This document shows positions 46,247 through 56,700 of a stretch of 64,000 bases of DNA, piece by piece. Each line of letters opens with the position of its first letter. Positions within the stretch are counted from its first letter, which is position 1. The stretch comes from a virus: positions 1-64,000 of IMG/VR virus record IMGVR_UViG_3300035698_007508. One strand, given 5' to 3'. A program made the position numbers and the translations under genes. The notes under the pieces are model-generated. The model did not search any database. It had not been told where the DNA came from and saw only the letters and a program-made list of their open reading frames with translations.

Positions 46247-47703
46247 TTGATCGACACGAAGAAGAAGGCCTACGTAAACTCACGTTCTCGGATCAGTTCC
46301 GGCCTGAAGTAGAGGTTGGGCTGCAGCTGGTGGAAGATCCCGCTGTGTTCGCCAAGACAGCGAGTGTCACGTTCGACTGCACGGCGGAAGCCCTGAAACC
46401 GGACAAAGATCATGTGGGTATCCACGCTGTGGCGCTGGGCGATTTCGAGCACTACGGTATGAACCGCAACGGTGACGGTTTTCCCAAGAAAGCATGTCAG
46501 ACCCGGCACGAGACGTTTGTTACGCACGGGCACATGTTCATCGGACACAACAACCGGGACCGTGACCAGGCCGTAGGACAGATCGTCAAGTCCGGTTACA
46601 ACGAGCCTATGGGTCGTATCCAGCTCTTCCTACACGCACACAAGGACAAGTCCCAGGCACAACTGCACAAGTTGGCAACGACCGGCGAACACAGTTTCAG
46701 CATGGCCTGCCGTGTACCATTCGACCGTTGCGACATATGCAATACCTTGCGCAAGTCAGCAGCAGACCCTAACCAGTGCGCGCACATCCGCGACAGCTTG
46801 GGCGAGACGTTTGAGGATGGTAAGGTGGCCTGCACGCAGAACGACTTCCCGACCTGGTTCGACATGAGCTGGGTTGACCGACCGGCGGACCGTATCGCCT
46901 GGAACCTCAAGGTCGCCATGGCACATGGCCGGCAGGATGCTGTCAAACAAGCAGAGTCCAGCGGGTTGTGGGTCCCAGACGAGCTGGAGTGCAATGTGCC
47001 CGGTTACCAGCGTAAACTGGCGACGGTACAGAAGCTGGCCACGCTGGAAGAGAAGTATGCGGCCCTGGCCGCTAGTCAGACGCCACCTCGTGGCTATGAC
47101 CGGTACCTTTGGGACTTACGTAAGGCTGCTGCTTTCGACCTGTCGGATGCGCAGTTGGATCGGCTACGGACGTTCAATCCGGAGCAGGTCTTCGCGAAGT
47201 TGGCCGCGGCTGGGGTTGTGTTGAGCGCACCTGCGTTCTTCAAGTTTGCCCTGGGCCTGGGTTACGGCGAGCTGGCATCAGAAATGCCGAGTATACTGGA
47301 CAATGTACGTGTTGGACTGTTCGGTAGACTGTACAAACAAGGTGGATACCAACGGACGTGTCGGAATACGTATTTCGACGTTGACACCCGTGCGCTCGAA
47401 GCGTATGGTTGGGGCCACAATTCAGAACTGACACAGTTTGTCAGCGAGAAAGTGGCAAGTGCCGGCGCTTTTGTCGGCCACAGCGTAGAGGCGCGGATTA
47501 TTGATGCGACGATTTGTGGTAGACAACCGGAAGTAGGTATGCCAATATCTGTGAAAGTTGCTTCGGGGACTACGGTCCACCGCGGCGCTGAAATTTACGC
47601 GGCGTACAAACTGAGCGCATTAAGCGCGATGGAAGTCTGCCATAAGCAGGCAAACGCGGACGCGCTGTTGGCTTTAGCGGCAGTCCAGAACCTGGTGAAG
47701 TGA
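46243..47703 (+). CDS. Prohead (capsid maturation) protease with K-x-A-rich extensions
   Basis: N.NGDGF, H, SFSMACRVPFD.C.IC, FDMSWVDRPAD (herpes/HK97-type serine protease pattern); lies just before scaffold and capsid. Confidence 0.8.
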   Translation: MIDRHEEEGLRKLTFSDQFRPEVEVGLQLVEDPAVFAKTASVTFDCTAEALKPDKDHVGIHAVALGDFEHYGMNRNGDGFPKKACQTRHETFVTHGHMFIGHNNRDRDQAVGQIVKSGYNEPMGRIQLFLHAHKDKSQAQLHKLATTGEHSFSMACRVPFDRCDICNTLRKSAADPNQCAHIRDSLGETFEDGKVACTQNDFPTWFDMSWVDRPADRIAWNLKVAMAHGRQDAVKQAESSGLWVPDELECNVPGYQRKLATVQKLATLEEKYAALAASQTPPRGYDRYLWDLRKAAAFDLSDAQLDRLRTFNPEQVFAKLAAAGVVLSAPAFFKFALGLGYGELASEMPSILDNVRVGLFGRLYKQGGYQRTCRNTYFDVDTRALEAYGWGHNSELTQFVSEKVASAGAFVGHSVEARIIDATICGRQPEVGMPISVKVASGTTVHRGAEIYAAYKLSALSAMEVCHKQANADALLALAAVQNLVK

Positions 47704-47722
47704 AACATAAAGGAGAGTAATC

Positions 47723-49075
47723 ATGGCAACGATGGAACAGATCCTTGCTGAGACCACAGCAATCATGCAACAGAAACAGGCGTCCTTTAAGAAGGGTGCT
47801 ATGTCTGGACAGGATCCAAGCTCAATGCCCGGAAGCGACAAGGACAAGCCGATCCCCGAGGGGAGCGAGAAGCCCGACAGCGAAGTGAATGATGGTACCA
47901 TGGGTCCCACCAGCTCACGTTCGACCGAAGGCGCGGGCGACGATAGTCCCGTAACTCGTGGCGACGCCGTTGATTCCGAGCAGTCGGTCAAGGAACCTAC
48001 CAAGAAACCCGCAATCACCGCTGACGCGAATGCCAAGACGGCCGATGAACATTGTGCGAAACTCGCCAATGACCTGATCGGCAGCATTCACGAGTGGCAG
48101 CAACAGAAGCAGGCCGCAGAAGCTGCATCCGCAACCAAGCCAGCAGCCAAGCCGGCCGAGAAGGGCGCTGGAGCAGCACCTGCAGTTAAGCCCGCAGTTA
48201 AGCCCGTAGCCAAGGTTGACGACAGTACGCCCAAGGAAGCGGCCGGATTCAATATGGACCTGACGCAGGACGTACTCGCCAAGATGGCCGCGATCGCGCT
48301 GTCATATGACGAGGGTGTTACGTTTATGGAAGGTATGCTCCAGAAGTATGCCGGTCAGCAGTACGCGCAGCAGGCCATTCAGTTCCTGACAGATCAGAAT
48401 GAGCAGGCCGAGAAGGAAGCAGCAACTGATCAGGGCTACCAGGATGGTATGCGCATGATCCAGAAGCAGTCTTTCCAACGGGGCCAGCAGTCCATCCTCA
48501 CAGCACTCGCTCAGGCCAAGCAGGCCAACGCGAAGGGTGTGAAGGGTGCGGCACCGACGTTCGATCTCGAAGCACTGGCCAAGCTTGGTCAGGCAATGGC
48601 TGACGGTTCCATCGCTGATGTGATGGGTGCAATGCCCGAAGGCGGCGCAGGCATGGGTGGCGACGTCCCCGGTGCTGAAGCGGCTATGGGCGCCATGGGC
48701 GGCGGAATGGGCGGCGAAATGGGCGGCGAAATGGGTGGAGCACCGATGGAAGGCGCACCTGATGGTATGCCAGCCGAAGGTGGCGAAGAAGAGTTCACCG
48801 TCGAAGATCTTGCAGCTGCGCTTGACATTCTCGTATCCCAGGGTGCTATCGGCGAAGAAGAAGCCCAGCAGATCATGGAATACGTAGGCGCATCCGAAGG
48901 CGGCGCTGAAGGCGCGCCAGCCGAGGGTGCGCCGGCAGAGGGCGGCGAAGCGCCGGCAGAGGCCGCACCGGCAGAGGGCGGCGAAGCACCAGCGAAAGCA
49001 CCGGCGAAAGCACCAGCGAAAGCACCACCGGCGAAAGAGGAGCCCCCAGCTGACGGCGGCGAGAAAGTTGAATAA
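47723..49075 (+). CDS. Putative scaffold / core protein (acidic, low complexity, many K-x-A sites)
   Basis: Position between protease and capsid; KQAS, KTAD, KQAA, KEAA, KMAA; E/G/A/P-rich tail. Confidence 0.65.
   Translation: MATMEQILAETTAIMQQKQASFKKGAMSGQDPSSMPGSDKDKPIPEGSEKPDSEVNDGTMGPTSSRSTEGAGDDSPVTRGDAVDSEQSVKEPTKKPAITADANAKTADEHCAKLANDLIGSIHEWQQQKQAAEAASATKPAAKPAEKGAGAAPAVKPAVKPVAKVDDSTPKEAAGFNMDLTQDVLAKMAAIALSYDEGVTFMEGMLQKYAGQQYAQQAIQFLTDQNEQAEKEAATDQGYQDGMRMIQKQSFQRGQQSILTALAQAKQANAKGVKGAAPTFDLEALAKLGQAMADGSIADVMGAMPEGGAGMGGDVPGAEAAMGAMGGGMGGEMGGEMGGAPMEGAPDGMPAEGGEEEFTVEDLAAALDILVSQGAIGEEEAQQIMEYVGASEGGAEGAPAEGAPAEGGEAPAEAAPAEGGEAPAKAPAKAPAKAPPAKEEPPADGGEKVE
48986..49036 (+). repeat. 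12-bp tandem repeat GCACCRGCGAAA (APAK)
   Basis: Three full units plus one variant; same unit at 51571-51630. Confidence 0.85.
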
Positions 49076-49117
49076 CAGTCAACTTTCTTGTTGCGCCACC
49101 CTATACGGAGGTGTACT

Positions 49118-49540
49118 ATGAAATCTGAGGATAGGAACGTGAAAACCACTGCAGACGCACAGACAGTTAAACTGGCGCATGCTGAGACCCTGCTGAAGCA
49201 AGCGGCTGAGTACGTATCGACAGCACAGCCACAGTTGGACAAGTATGCAGAGTTCACAGATCGCTTCGAGAAGCGCGCCCAGCAGGTTGCTGGCGTCCTT
49301 GTCGATCGCGGGATCATCCCGGCGGCACAGTCGGCCCTCCTGTTGCAGAAGTTTGCAGCAGACCCGACGAAGGCCCTTGACATGATCGCGCAGTTGGCCC
49401 GTCTCGTCGGCCCAGATCAGCTGGGCAAGAGCGCGGGTATCCGAGTACCGCAGGGTCGGAAACTCGGACCGTTCGAGGCGCTTGTCATGAACGGCGATTC
49501 GGCGAACACGCATTTCGAAAGTTCTGCGATGGTGGACTAA
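49118..49540 (+). CDS. K-x-A-motif head protein
   Basis: GGAGG SD before ATG 49118; VKLAH, LKQAA. Confidence 0.7.
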   Translation: MKSEDRNVKTTADAQTVKLAHAETLLKQAAEYVSTAQPQLDKYAEFTDRFEKRAQQVAGVLVDRGIIPAAQSALLLQKFAADPTKALDMIAQLARLVGPDQLGKSAGIRVPQGRKLGPFEALVMNGDSANTHFESSAMVD

Positions 49541-49572
49541 ACTGAAACAAGAAAGAAAATAAGGAGACAACA

Positions 49573-50106
49573 ATGTTGCTCAACGTGAAAAAGGGACCGT
49601 ATCCCTCGCTGACCCAGATGGACAAGGAACTGCTGCTTTCCGCCGATGAAACCGGCACAGTAGAGCGCGGTATCTGCCTCTATCAGGACACGAGTGATGA
49701 ATGGAAGATTGCCGGGGCCGCACAGGCCGGTAACGCGACAACGCCTGGCGCACTGATCTACTTCGCGCTTCAAGCCGAAGATGATCTGACGGCGCAGATG
49801 GCTGGTGGCGTACCTATCAGTGATAGCGTACAGCCAAAGATCGCCGCAATCTCATGCTCGCCTACGATCGAGATCGAGACGGACATGTTTACCGGAGTGC
49901 TCACCAGCGGGCAGAATCTGTCCGTCGGCGCGGATGGTAAGTTGGTCGCACATACGACCAATGCGACGATCATCGCACGAGTGACCAAGGCTGCGTACAC
50001 CCGCTGGGTGAACAACGCTTCGGCTGTGGCTGGCTGGCGCACGGGTAACAACGTGACTGCGATTCGCGCAATCACGATGTATGCACCGCAAGTGGCAACC
50101 GCGTAA
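49573..50106 (+). CDS. Putative head decoration / capsid cement protein
   Basis: AAGGAG SD; immediately upstream of the capsid gene; GQNLSVGADGKLV beta-tulip-like pattern. Confidence 0.6.
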   Translation: MLLNVKKGPYPSLTQMDKELLLSADETGTVERGICLYQDTSDEWKIAGAAQAGNATTPGALIYFALQAEDDLTAQMAGGVPISDSVQPKIAAISCSPTIEIETDMFTGVLTSGQNLSVGADGKLVAHTTNATIIARVTKAAYTRWVNNASAVAGWRTGNNVTAIRAITMYAPQVATA

Positions 50107-50150
50107 CCTGACTGGAAAGTCTTTCGGACCTCAAACAAGGAGATAAGGCA

Positions 50151-51122
50151 ATGGAAGCTACCGCACAAGACACCACTCAGAATGTACCTACCGACGTAAT
50201 GAATCGTCGCGTCCTGGATTTCCTGGACCGTGGCGAGACCGTTAAGGTCGCGCAGGCTGCATCTGATTACACCCGTATCCAACTCCGTGAAGATTCCTTC
50301 GCTATGAAGATCATCACGCCGGAGAAGGCTACGGACGACATGCTGGACCGAGACCTGGATGAGCGCCTGCGCATCATCGAGGAATTGGAGCCAGATTCAC
50401 CCGCCGCCAAGTGGGTTCCTCTGCAGGACACCCCGGACGGTGAGTACATCTACGGGTCACGGTACGTCGTGCCTTTCGCTCGTATTCTCACGCCTAAGTT
50501 CGTGAAGGATATCGACGAGTTGCGCACATACCGTCAGGACGTTCGCAAGATCCTGACCCAGAACTCCATCAAAGACGGCCTGGCCGAATACGATGGCAAG
50601 TTCATCGAGACCTGCGTGGCGATCGCTGAGGATACCTCTGGCAGCGTCCCGGGTGCACAGTCCTTCACCGGTAAGGTGCAGTGGACCGCGTACTCTGGCG
50701 GCCTGACGAAGAACAACCTCGTCGAAGCGTTCAAGATGCTCCCCCGCGGCAACAGCAACGGCAAGTTCCGCCTTCGCAACTACATCATGCTGATGAACGA
50801 TGTGACGGCCCAGGACTTGAAGAAGCTGGACGTTGGAGAGATCGGTGACGAGAACGTGAGCCGCATGTGGCGTGAAGGTCTGACGACTGACACAACCATG
50901 GGGCTGAAGGCCATCTTCACGATCAAGGACGACCTCGTCCCTGACAACCGTGTATGGTTCTTCCCCGAACCCGGATTCCTGGGCAAGGCGTACTACCTGA
51001 CCGACTGGACCATGTATATGAAGAAGGAAGCGTTCTTTATAGAGATGTTCAGCTACTGGCTGGGCGGCATGGCCATCGGTAACGTAGCCGGTGTCTGCGT
51101 GGCTGACTTCGATTATTCGTAA
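50151..51122 (+). CDS. Major capsid protein (HK97 fold inferred)
   Basis: AAGGAG SD; position after protease, scaffold and decoration; strong terminator downstream; putative leader ending near TVKVA. Confidence 0.8.
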   Translation: MEATAQDTTQNVPTDVMNRRVLDFLDRGETVKVAQAASDYTRIQLREDSFAMKIITPEKATDDMLDRDLDERLRIIEELEPDSPAAKWVPLQDTPDGEYIYGSRYVVPFARILTPKFVKDIDELRTYRQDVRKILTQNSIKDGLAEYDGKFIETCVAIAEDTSGSVPGAQSFTGKVQWTAYSGGLTKNNLVEAFKMLPRGNSNGKFRLRNYIMLMNDVTAQDLKKLDVGEIGDENVSRMWREGLTTDTTMGLKAIFTIKDDLVPDNRVWFFPEPGFLGKAYYLTDWTMYMKKEAFFIEMFSYWLGGMAIGNVAGVCVADFDYS

Positions 51123-51147
51123 GTCGGACACTTGGATTGAACTCAGA

Positions 51148-51178
51148 GGGCCGGACTGGCAACGGTCCGGCCCTTTTT
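51148..51178 (+). terminator. Rho-independent terminator after the capsid gene
   Basis: GGGCCGGAC-tggcaacg-GTCCGGCCC-TTTTT. Confidence 0.9.
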
Positions 51179-51237
51179 CTCGTAGAGTTTAATGAGTAAG
51201 TCGCACGGCCTATCGGCCGCAGCATAGGAGAACAATC

Positions 51238-51813
51238 ATGGATAGGTTTTTAGACGGATTCGCGGCCGAGGCCGCGGCGCACGGTATCGCCGCGCATGAC
51301 TTGGAGCAGCTACTCAAGACCGCGGACATCATCGCGATGCGCCTGTCGAGCCCTGACTTTGCTGCTGCCATGGACGCCGAGTTTGCCAAGGCTGGTCAGA
51401 GCGTCAAAAGTGCGCAAAGCGGCGCCGCATTCACAGCGGGGCGGACTATTGCGAATTTACGGGGCACGGTAACAGCGCCATACCAGGCTGTAGGCCGCGG
51501 TTTCGGCGCTTTGCGACGCGCACGTAACAATTTCTTAACGGGTGTGACTGGGTGGGCACCAGCCGGTGCAGCACCAGCGCAAGCACCGGCGAAAGCACCA
51601 GCGAAAGCACCGGCGAAAGCACCGGCGAACACGCCGTTTCAACAGCTCGACCAGGACGCGTACATGCGGTTGCCCCCGGCAGGCCAAGCTGATTACCAGC
51701 GCCGCCTCGCAATTGACCGGGCCGGACGAGCCACGTGGCGCAACATGCATCAGACACCCGGCGCAAGCCGCCACAGCCGTTCGACGTTAGCGTCGTCGGG
51801 ATATGGCTGGTAA
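51238..51813 (+). CDS. K-x-A-motif protein with APAK repeats
   Basis: AGGAG SD; LKTAD, AKAG, VKSAQ; APAKAPAKAPAK. Confidence 0.7.
   Translation: MDRFLDGFAAEAAAHGIAAHDLEQLLKTADIIAMRLSSPDFAAAMDAEFAKAGQSVKSAQSGAAFTAGRTIANLRGTVTAPYQAVGRGFGALRRARNNFLTGVTGWAPAGAAPAQAPAKAPAKAPAKAPANTPFQQLDQDAYMRLPPAGQADYQRRLAIDRAGRATWRNMHQTPGASRHSRSTLASSGYGW
51571..51630 (+). repeat. 12-bp tandem repeat GCACCRGCGAAA (APAK), five units
   Basis: Read directly. Confidence 0.85.
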
Positions 51814-51827
51814 AGATAGGGGATACC

Positions 51828-52265
51828 ATGCCGGCACCTACTGGCAATACCGGTTTTCTGTCAGAAATGGACATCCGGATCTGGTTACGGGACCATGATC
51901 CGGCGTCCAACCTTCTGATTCAGGACTGGGAGTTTGGACAGGAAGAGATCCGGACTGCTTGTACGCTGGCCGTAGACTACTGGAACGAAGTGTCGCCCAG
52001 CATGGGCCATTACTGGTACACGCTGTACACGTTCCCGTTCCGCTACCATCTGCTGATGGCGACGTGCGCTAACCTACTGTTTATCGCCGCTAACCTGTAC
52101 CGCCGCAATCGCTTGCCCTATCAGATCCCGGGTGGGTCCGTTGACGATCAGGCTAAGGCACCTGACTACGATACCGCTGGCGATAAGCTGTGGCAGCAGT
52201 ACAGGCAGTGGGTGGCGAGTAAGAAACGTGAGTTAAACACCGGGATGGGCTGGGGACGTATATGA
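51828..52265 (+). CDS. Putative head-tail adaptor (neck) protein
   Basis: Position after capsid; IRIWLRD...AVDYWN...RRN.LPY..GG..VDD. Confidence 0.6.
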   Translation: MPAPTGNTGFLSEMDIRIWLRDHDPASNLLIQDWEFGQEEIRTACTLAVDYWNEVSPSMGHYWYTLYTFPFRYHLLMATCANLLFIAANLYRRNRLPYQIPGGSVDDQAKAPDYDTAGDKLWQQYRQWVASKKRELNTGMGWGRI

Positions 52266-53041
52266 CCCAGGTGTTTGACACATTCGATGTATTACCGCAT
52301 TATGCTACCGGCTTCGTATTCAGCTGGACCATCAACCCGGCCCTGACCGCGGACCCGCCGTGGGTGTGCGAGGTTCAGCGTGCCGAGACACCGGACGGGC
52401 CCTGGGTGGCCATGTCTCCGGAGATCGAGGATCAGTACCACTGGGCGGCGGACGGTAAGATGGTGGCGCCCAAGGATCCCGTACTGTATTTCCGGGTCCG
52501 GGCTGTGATCGGCGGCACCACCTACTTCTCCCACGTACGCCAGCCCTACGGTGATCTCAATCGCCGTGAATTCTTGATCGTCCAGCATATGCAGCGCCAG
52601 GAGCTACGCCAGATGCAGGGTATGTCCGGTGTTTGTGGACTTATATGGGTCAAATCGATCTTCGGCGCCAAGTGCACAGAGTGTACAGACTTCGTCGGCG
52701 GGAACCCCACCAACTCCAATTGCAGCACTTGCTTCGGCACCGGCCGGGTCCCGGGCTACCACGGCCCGTATCCTACGTGGTTGACATTCAGCCCGGCTCA
52801 ACGCAAGAAGCACCTGCCCAACGATAAGAAGGGCGTGCATGAGGACTACACTTTCACCGTGCGTATGGTCGGCACGCCCCGCGTCAAGAAGGATGATATT
52901 CTGGTGGACATCGCCACGGACAAGCGGTATTATGTCGACACGATCGTGAACGTTGCTGAGATGCGTCGGATTCCGATCGTACAGCAGATAGTGGCGAACG
53001 AGATACCCGTATCCTCGCCACTGTATCGACTAGGAGAGTAG
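52262..53041 (+). CDS. Putative head closure / neck protein with Zn site
   Basis: CTEC...CSTCFGTG; D.LVD....RYYV beta-barrel-like C-terminus. Confidence 0.55.
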   Translation: MTQVFDTFDVLPHYATGFVFSWTINPALTADPPWVCEVQRAETPDGPWVAMSPEIEDQYHWAADGKMVAPKDPVLYFRVRAVIGGTTYFSHVRQPYGDLNRREFLIVQHMQRQELRQMQGMSGVCGLIWVKSIFGAKCTECTDFVGGNPTNSNCSTCFGTGRVPGYHGPYPTWLTFSPAQRKKHLPNDKKGVHEDYTFTVRMVGTPRVKKDDILVDIATDKRYYVDTIVNVAEMRRIPIVQQIVANEIPVSSPLYRLGE

Positions 53042-53707
53042 ATGAGCGGCCCCGAGTACACAAAAGGCGTTGACAGATCGGTTATCGGCTGGGAAAGTAC
53101 TATCGGCATGGTACGGAAGAATCCGACTATGCTGTACGGGATCTTCACCGAACTCGTACGTAACATTTTCTCTGACGACATCGTCGGAGCAGCTGCGCCG
53201 CACTGGAATGCGGACAAAGCAAAGACTCAGGTTTGGATCGACCAGGAACAGGTGTGGGAAGATGAGTCCCCCGCTTTCAGGCCGGCGATATACGTCAGCT
53301 TGAGCGCGCTTAAATTCACCACCGACGCTGGTAACGCTCGTGGTCTCCAAGGTCTGGAATTAGCTGAAGCCGAATATGAGTACCAGTTACGCTGCACAGG
53401 GCAAGTTACCTGGCATCACATAGGTAATACGAAAGGCGAAGGATTACTTCTGGCGGAAACGACCTGCGATCTGATAGGCGCATTTGCGGACCCGATACGG
53501 CGTGAATTTTGTTTTGACAAGTTCAACGTAATAGGGTTCAATCCTACAAGCGTAGAGAAAGAAGCCAGAGAAGTCTTCCGAAGCACGGTCACGGCAGCGT
53601 TCGAATTTCAGGAGTGTTGGACACTCAAGTTGGAATCGGCGAAAATCAAACGGATCACGTTTGACGCTGGACAGCGCGTTTTGGATCTGATAGGTTCTGG
53701 AGCATGA
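53042..53707 (+). CDS. Putative tail terminator / completion protein
   Basis: Position just before the sheath; RPAIYV. Confidence 0.5.
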   Translation: MSGPEYTKGVDRSVIGWESTIGMVRKNPTMLYGIFTELVRNIFSDDIVGAAAPHWNADKAKTQVWIDQEQVWEDESPAFRPAIYVSLSALKFTTDAGNARGLQGLELAEAEYEYQLRCTGQVTWHHIGNTKGEGLLLAETTCDLIGAFADPIRREFCFDKFNVIGFNPTSVEKEAREVFRSTVTAAFEFQECWTLKLESAKIKRITFDAGQRVLDLIGSGA

Positions 53708-53738
53708 ACTGGGATAACAGAAAGTAAGGAGTCTGGTA

Positions 53739-56700
53739 ATGGCCTACATTCAACCACAAGTACAGGTGTTTCAAGAGTTTCAGCAGCTTCCACAGAGCGT
53801 GGTAGCCAACCTGAACGCCTTCGTTCACGGCCCGAACTACCGGCTACTGCGCTACGCAGAGGCTAGTGAGAAGGCGCTGATTGGTCTGGGAAGTTATGAT
53901 CCCGACGCCAATGCGACGTTTGCCTTCCCTAACCAGCCCGCTGGTTCGACTGTCGATCTTGATTACGTCAAGCTATACATGGAAGATGTGTGGGCCCGCT
54001 ATGCCACGATCTCCGGTGCTTCGACGACCCGGCTGGCAGCGGTCAGTTCCGCCGCACTGAACAAGTTGCGTGCTATTCCCCGCGTCGAGGACGCTGAGGA
54101 ACCGACCACGACCGACGGTGTGACAATGCAAGCGTCCGGGTATGTTTATGACAGCCCCGCACTCCCCGAAACCTTCTACCTGACCCCATCTGGCGGCGCG
54201 GTAGGTGGTGCCTGGACTCGGCTCAATGCCAGTCCTGTGGCGGTCGCCGTAGCCGACGCGTGGGACGGTGATGACGCTGTATTCGGGTACCGCAGCGAGT
54301 CCGAAGGCCAGGCCGGCACGATTAGTGTACCGACGGCCGATACTCCGCTGGTGAGCGGTGTTAAGGTCCAAGGCCCGTACGGCGTTGTACTGGATATGAA
54401 TCTCGGTGGCCGTCTGGCCGGTCTGATCGCATACACCGGACAGCCCACGAACGCGCAGACCGTTTCGATCGGTGGCGAGACCCTTACCTTTAAGACAGTG
54501 CCTGTGAGCCTGACCAACGACGTCCTGATCGGCGCCGATGCCCAGGCGACATACGACAACCTTAAGACCAAGGTTGAAACACTGGAGCCCACGGGCGTGT
54601 ACGAAGTGGTACATGCATCCGTGGATAGCGACAACGGTAACCTGTGGGTGATTGGCGGCGCTATGCTCGTCATGCCTACGGCTACGGTTGCAAATGCAAC
54701 GGTATACGCCGCATTCGCATTTGCCGGCGTGCGCCAGCCTACAGTACTGACGTTCCGTAATACGCTGGGTACCGCAAGCTTCACCATGACTGTCGATCCG
54801 GACACGCTGGGTGACTCGATTGACCGTGCCATTGATGATGCTACGCCTTTGCGTGTTAACTACACGCTTGGGTCCGACATGGTCGCAGGCCTGAATACGA
54901 CGTCCCGTGTTTGTTCTATCGAGTTCGAGGCCGGCGTGACCACGCTTGGTGAACTTCGCGCAGAGTTGGTCGGCGATTCCGATATCGCCGCTGCTTTTGA
55001 CATCGGTGAACTGGATGCCAACGACACAGACGAAGTCGTGGATCTCGTTATTGACGAGACTGAGGCACCCGTGACCGCCGACATTGACGTAATGATGGTG
55101 CGCGATGCGTACCGTATCAAGGTCTTCCCGAACGAGGTGACGTGGGCTACCGGTAACGGTTACGCACACTCTAATCACTTCAAGAGTCGTGGCGTGCAGG
55201 TCGGTGACCGTCTACGTTACAGTGTGGTTGGTGCAGACAGCGTGACCTATGAAGGCTCAACACAGGTAGCAGCGCTCGAAGCTGATACACTGGCGGCTAA
55301 GATCAACGCACCTACGTTCGACGTGAATAACGGCGCCACGCAGACCGGTACGCAACTGGTTCCGCACACCGGTGCCAACATCATCGTCAAGGGTGCCGAC
55401 AATCAGATCGCCTGCGAAGGTTCCGAGACGCGGGTTTACGCCCTGTCTGACACGAACCTGTATTTTGGCGGTGACTACTCCGGCGGTGTACTGAGTGATA
55501 TCTTCACGATCACGATCACCGCAGCCGGGGCCCCTGGTACCGCACGTTGCACTGTTACGAACCAGAGCGGTACGTACACGCGTACGCTGGTTCCGATCAG
55601 CACGATCAATTGGGATCACGCGGATTCCGCCGCTATGGGTATGGTCGACCTCGGTAATAACCTGTGGGCAGTATTGCATGAGGACGCAGCTTCAGTCGAG
55701 TTCCAGACGGGTGATACCTACACGTTTGACACCGCACTGGCTTCACCCTGGGCAGCAATTTCGTCAGCACGTATCGCGGCCTCCGGCGCCTACACAGGCC
55801 CGGTTGACACGACGTACCTGGTGAAGGTTGTACGCGGTGGTGTATTCGACCGTACTCACAACGTGATCGACGGACTCCACAATCCTAACGCATTGGTCAT
55901 CGATTACGGCGGACACCTACTGTCACGCGCCCAGGACGGCGATACAGTGACGGCCGGTGGGGTTGTTTTCGAGTTTGATGACGACGCTTCCGTGACCGGT
56001 AGTAATACGCGGGTTGATATCAGCGGTTCAAGCGCGATCGACACCGACTGGGCACTCCTGGTCGCGGCCGTGAACGCCAGCGCCGGTGCTGTATACGCCA
56101 GCCAAGACACTACCGCCGACACAGTAACCATCCGCGGTTCCTACAACGCCGTCGATGGTAGCTCTATGAGCGCGCCGGGTGACGCTGGTGTTGAGTATCG
56201 CGTGTACGGACTGCAGCTGGTTTCACAGCTGGACTACGACGCGGGCGAATGGGCACTGGGCGATATCGACGACGAGTACATCCTGCGCTGCACGGCGGCT
56301 GGCACGGTGTTGAACGCGCAGTTCACGCTGGAGTCACTCCAGGGTGACGCGCAGACACTGGTCGAGTTCGCTGGTACTGGTTCGAGCCACGCAGTGACGG
56401 CCGGCACCGCTGGCCTGTCCTTGTATTTCGACAACGAGAGCGAGACCCCGACTGTGAACGTCGGCGATTACTGGGTTGTGCGTGTGAACGCTACCCGCCC
56501 CCGCGTACAGATCACGGATACGGCCGGCGTTGACCAAGGCACCTACAAAGTCGTGGACAACGGTGTTGACTTCGACGTGGGTCTGTGGGGCGTACAGGCG
56601 AGCTTCGCCAGCAATCCGAACACTGAGGGTGGCTTCGCTACCAACGGCGGGCTGGTGACTGGTGACATCTTCTATATCGATGCTGACGCTGCGAGCGACG

